DNA from: Somniosus microcephalus
Taxonomy: Eukaryota
DNA length: 64,000 bases
Direction of reading: 5' to 3'
Assembly (NCBI GenBank): GCA_052327205.1
Contig: CM126228.1
Coordinates: forward strand, 28,086,001-28,150,000
Shown: piece after piece, positions 59,762-64,000 of the stretch
How the letters are laid out: the number at the start of each line of letters is the position of its first letter
Numbering within the stretch: the first letter of the stretch is position 1
Notes under the pieces: model-generated
Told to the model about the DNA's origin: nothing
Seen by the model: the letters and a program-made list of their open reading frames with translations, nothing else
The model's database searches: none
Made by a program: the position numbers and the translations under genes

Positions 59762-60776
59762 TCCTGTTTGTAGCTGTTTTTTTTAAAGTAAGTATTTTAC
59801 CCGTTGAGCAACACAGTACTTGTCCTTCAATGCCTTTTAAGGCTTATGTTTTACTAGGTAATTTATAACTAAGTACTGCTTGATGCAGGTTAGTGGCAAT
59901 GGCCAGTTTGTAATCAGTACCGCACTGGGTGATACATTTACGCACTGAACTTGCAGGTGCTCCTTGGGTCAGTTTTTAATCAAGATGAAAGGCTATAAAG
60001 TTACTGGATGCCGGCTTCCAAATGACATATGTGGAGTTGCTGTTGTGTGCAGAAAATCAGTTGTATGCAAACCAGGCTGAACAGAAATCTGAATCCAGGC
60101 TACACTGGCCGGGGATAATGGTTTTAAATGTGCTGAAAGCCAGATACCACTAGTAAGAATAGAATCTGTTCTATTGGATTCAGTGAACAGTTGCTGCCAT
60201 AAATTGTTCGCTGTAACCCTTCGGGCAGTGTCATCTTCACATATAACATTTTCTAATTCTCTGAACTGCTAAAGCCAAATTTTGGATTTGTATGCCACAC
60301 TGCCGTCCAAATCTGGCTGTAGTTGGGAGGGAAAGTGATCGATAGCATGCCGGGTTGTTTTTGATTAAATCTCAAATGACGTCGTTGATCAACAGCCCTG
60401 AGATGTTTTACAGTCATAGTTGTTTACCTGAGCACCACTTATCTAAATTGACTGGCTGACTGACTGACCCGCCCCGCATTGTGTGTGCGTGTGTGATTAT
60501 CTTGCACTGTATTTGTTTTTGTGCAGAATTGATATTGTAATTCAGTACAGCACTGGAATTAATATATAATTGGTTATTGTTAATTACTTACTTATGCATG
60601 GGGGCAGCATTTCCCAAACTATATAAGTAAATTGTTTCTGACTGTCGTGTGGATATTTGATTGCCGACCGCATCATAATCAATTTCCAGTTTAAAACAGC
60701 AATCCCTTTTTTGTATTTTAAGTTTTTGTCCTTTTAGCAGCATTTCTTGTCACTCGCACTCTATCCCTAGAAATAT

Positions 60777-60922
60777 TAGAACATAAGAAATAGGAGCAGG
60801 AGTAGGCCATACGGCCCCTCGAGCCTGCTCCGCCATTCAATAAGATCACGGCTGATCATCGAACTCAACTCCACTTTCCCGCCCGATCTCCATAGCCCTT
60901 GATTCCCCTAGAGTCCAAAAAT
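60777..60922 (-). mobile_element. CR1 3' tail fragment
   Basis: AACATAAGAAATAGGAGCAGGAGTAGGCCATACGGCCCCTCGAGCCTGCTCCGCCATTCAA. Confidence 0.85.
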
Positions 60923-61758
60923 ATTCTTGTACATTGACTCATTTGAGAAAAGAAGTATGAATTTATTGAACAAGCAGTTGATGTTCTGTCTTTATTCTAA
61001 AACCTATTATTGTATGGTTTAAAATGCAATTTATTTGAAATGAAAATCGAACAAAATCATCAAGTAGGGAATAATGGATAGACAGGAGTAATTACAAGGC
61101 AGTGATCTCATTGGACTGTTCCAGTGATAGTTTGTAGCGAAGTTCTCAACTATGTGGGCCAACTGCAGACTTTGAGCTTATATTCTGGCCTTTGAGCAGA
61201 TTCGAGTCACTTTTTTTGTATTTCTGCTCCCACCAAGACTTTCAATTTTGACCGCTTTTTAAATTGTGGGCCAAGTCCTGGGAGAGCAGTCTAAGACTGC
61301 CAACCTTCTAAATTTACTTTTAACTCATGCTGCCAGCCTTCCTGTCAGCAAGTGGTAAAGGGAAAGTGCATGCCCGGGTTACATTTTGGCCAGTACACAT
61401 GCGTAGAACGACAGTGTAAATACGAAGTTTGTAAATAGACTTGTTCATGATCCCGTCATGCTGCAATGTATTGACGTCCCCACAGATCTGCGCTGCTGCG
61501 AATACCCTATTAAGACCAGCAGCAGTCAGGAAGACCCAGTGAAAATCAGCTCTTTGCTGCTGGTGTGCTACTAAAAAAAACTGTCCAGTTTACCTTGCTT
61601 TGGCTGAAGAAGCTGGTAAATGTAGAACAATACGAGTGCTTACTCGATGTCTGTTCGTATGTCGCCTTGTTGTTGGAAGTCTAGCTGGTTCATCCTTTTG
61701 TATCTACTGCAGTCGGACATGAAGTTCCATGCATACCTGCATTGCCAATTGATGTGAA

Positions 61759-61938
61759 GGGTGAAATTCCTCGTCAGGTTGTCCAAAATACTGGGCGTAA
61801 CTTTCAACTTAGGCAGGGGTGTAAAACAGGTGGCAGCACGTCGACTTCAATGGAGAGGAAGATTGAGCGGGGTGTATAATGGACGGTCAATCCACTACCA
61901 CCCAGTACTATGCCCCCGCTGCAGTGAAAGTTCCACCC
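61759..61938. mobile_element. Short Harbinger-like MITE remnant
   Basis: Ends GGGTGAAATT / rc GGGTGGAACTT. Confidence 0.4.
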
Positions 61939-62500
61939 ACTGTGTGTGAATAATCGATTGCACTGTGTGTGAGTAATCGATTGCACTGTGTGCGAATAAT
62001 CGATTGCACTGTGTGTGAGCAATATATTGCACTGTGTGTGAGTAATCGATTGCACTGTGTGTGAATAATCGATTACATTGTGTGTGAGTAATCGATTGCA
62101 CTGTGTGTGAATAATCGATTACACTGTGTGTGAGTAATCGATTGCACTTATGTTTTTTTTATATTCGTTCACGGGATCTGGGTGTCGCTGGCATGGCCAG
62201 CATTTATTGTCCATCCCTAACTGACCTTGAGAAGGCGGTGGTGAGCCGCCTTCTTGAACCGCTGCAGTCCGTGTGGCGAAGGCACTCCCACAGTGCTGTT
62301 AGGGAGGGAGTTCCAGGATTTTGACCCAGCGACGATGAAGGAACGGCAATATACTTCCAAGTCAGGATGGTGTGTGACTGGGAGGGGAACTTGGAGGTGG
62401 TGGTGTTCCCATGCGCCTGCTGCCCTTGTCCTTCTCGGTGTTAGAGGTCACGGGTTTGGGAGGTGCTGCCGAAGACACTTGTGTATGAGTAATCGATTGC
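61938..62500. repeat. 23-bp minisatellite (9 units plus one more after a LINE insertion)
   Basis: Unit CACTGTGTGTGARTAATCGATTR at 61938-62144; a further unit at 62476-62500. Confidence 0.95.
62154..62475 (-). mobile_element. 3' fragment of the 47045 LINE family
   Basis: Reverse complement of ~53420-53730; flanked by CACTTATGT (62145-53) and CACTTGTGT (62476-84). Confidence 0.9.
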
Positions 62501-63094
62501 AGTATTGCAGTGCACAAAATTATTGATCATTTTTTAAAAATGAACGGAAGTTTGGAAGCCTGGTAACTACAATTCATTGTATGGAGATGAAGGCTAAATT
62601 GAACTCTGAACCATAAGTAACACAAATTTGGTTAATTACTGGGTTCCTATTAAGAGAGGGTGCGAACCTTTCACTTGTTATTTTCCCAATAACCATATTG
62701 CGAAGTAAACAGGCAGTCGCATCTTCATGTCTTAATCATGTACATAAAACCGAAATTAAATAATTTCTACCAATTAGGAAAAACATCTTAGCGGGGGAAG
62801 CATGTGACTGTGTTTGGCTCTTTCATGTCCTCAGGATGTATTAAAAGCACTTCACAGCAATTAATTACTTTGGTAGGTTGGGTAGCCATTCTTGTTATGT
62901 AAGCAAACATGGATAGCAAGGGGAAATTGTGTGGTTACATTAGGGGAAGGAAATGGGGAAATACCTGACCAAGTGTGGGGAAAGAAGAAGGGCGTGTTGT
63001 TAAAAATAAGTCTTCTAATGGGTTTGTGAGGGCAGCCCTTGAACAGGTGATGCTTGGAATTATTCATTTTGGTTAAAAGTTAGTTAAAGCTCCT

Positions 63095-63363
63095 GGGGGC
63101 GATTTTTAACTCTACTCACTCAGCTGAAACCTGGACGGTGGGCAGTTAAAATCACCCCGGTTCTTGCCTGTCCGAAAGCCGCCATGATCGCAACATCTGC
63201 AATTTTAAGCTGCTCTCCTGAGCAGGCAGCAAGGACGCCCGCCCAGAGCCAACAGGGGCCTTCTTCACATATACATGTTGCACCCTGATGACATCATTGA
63301 GACCCAACTGTAATTTTAACTCAGGCTTGAACGGGGAATCCACTTGGAGTTAAAATCGGGGCC
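63095..63363. mobile_element. Short Harbinger-like MITE
   Basis: Ends GGGGGCGATTTTTAACTC / rc GGCCCCGATTTTAACTC; TSD not evident. Confidence 0.6.
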
Positions 63364-63626
63364 GACGTGTTAGCTGAACTACGATAAGGTTACAGCTTTG
63401 AAATTACTACCGCATATCCATTTTATGTTATTGTATACTCTAGAATTCATGGAGGATTAATCTGTTCTGTGTAAAGTCTTCTCATTCAGCAATGAATAAT
63501 ACGGCAGATGTTGATCAGCTGTGCAAGCTGTGCCTTCTGTTTGATGTCGAGATTAAAAGATCAACAAATTTTATGTTTTTTTATATCTAGGAATCAAAGT
63601 CATGCCATGATGACTATGCACCGGTA

Positions 63627-64000
63627 TTCATAGAATCATAGAATGATACAGCACAGAAGGAGACTGTTCGGCCCATCGTGTTGTGCCGGCTCTTTGGTAG
63701 AGCTATCTGATTAGTCCCACTGCCCTGTTCTTTCCCCGTAGCCCTGTAATTGTTTTCCCTTCAAGTATTTCTCCAATTTCCTTTTGAATGTTATTATTGA
63801 CTCTGCTTCCACCACTGTTTCAGACGGTGCATTCCAGATCACAGCAGCTCACTGTGTGTAAAAAAAAAAAAAACACCTAGTTTCCATCACCTTAAATCTG
63901 TGTCCTCTGGTCACCGACCCTTCTACCGCTGGAAACAGTTTCCCCTTATTTACTTTATCAAAAGCATTCATAGTTTTGAACACCTCTATCAAATCTCCTC
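63627..64000 (-). mobile_element. CR1 3' fragment running off the window edge
   Basis: TCATAGAATCATAGAA tail, ACAGCACAGAAGGAGACTGTTCGGCCCATCG, then CCTTAAATCTGTGTCCTCTGGT (rc TRGHRFK). Confidence 0.85.

Overview
Repeat-rich vertebrate non-coding DNA, very probably from a shark or other elasmobranch. The inference rests on HE1/V-SINE and Deu-domain SacSINE1-like SINEs, elasmobranch-type CR1 tails and Penelope ends. No intact host protein-coding gene is supportable; the window reads like a large intron or intergenic region. The main structures are: (1) a ~1.13-kb poly(A)-tailed, TSD-flanked composite retroelement (30277-31408, - strand) made of a 5' ~29-bp tandem array, an intronless frameshifted 5' fragment of JKAMP, a GC-rich body and a LINE-like tail, inserted into the terminal repeat of a MITE; (2) an ORF1-less CR1-group LINE with a tRNA-like Pol III head (47045-53734), interrupted by a Ty3/Gypsy (Mag-like) element lacking RT/RNase H (49564-52971, 200-bp LTRs, CCAGG TSD); (3) many GC-rich PIF/Harbinger-like MITEs with ~15-bp TIRs and 3-bp TSDs, including a four-level nest at 33853-36965; (4) Penelope-like fragments with decayed minimal hammerhead ribozyme motifs; (5) a solo LTR, a Tigger-like MITE, a tail-swapped HE1 SINE and a 23-bp minisatellite. 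All family names come from visual recognition, not database searches. Boundaries of degraded elements are approximate.
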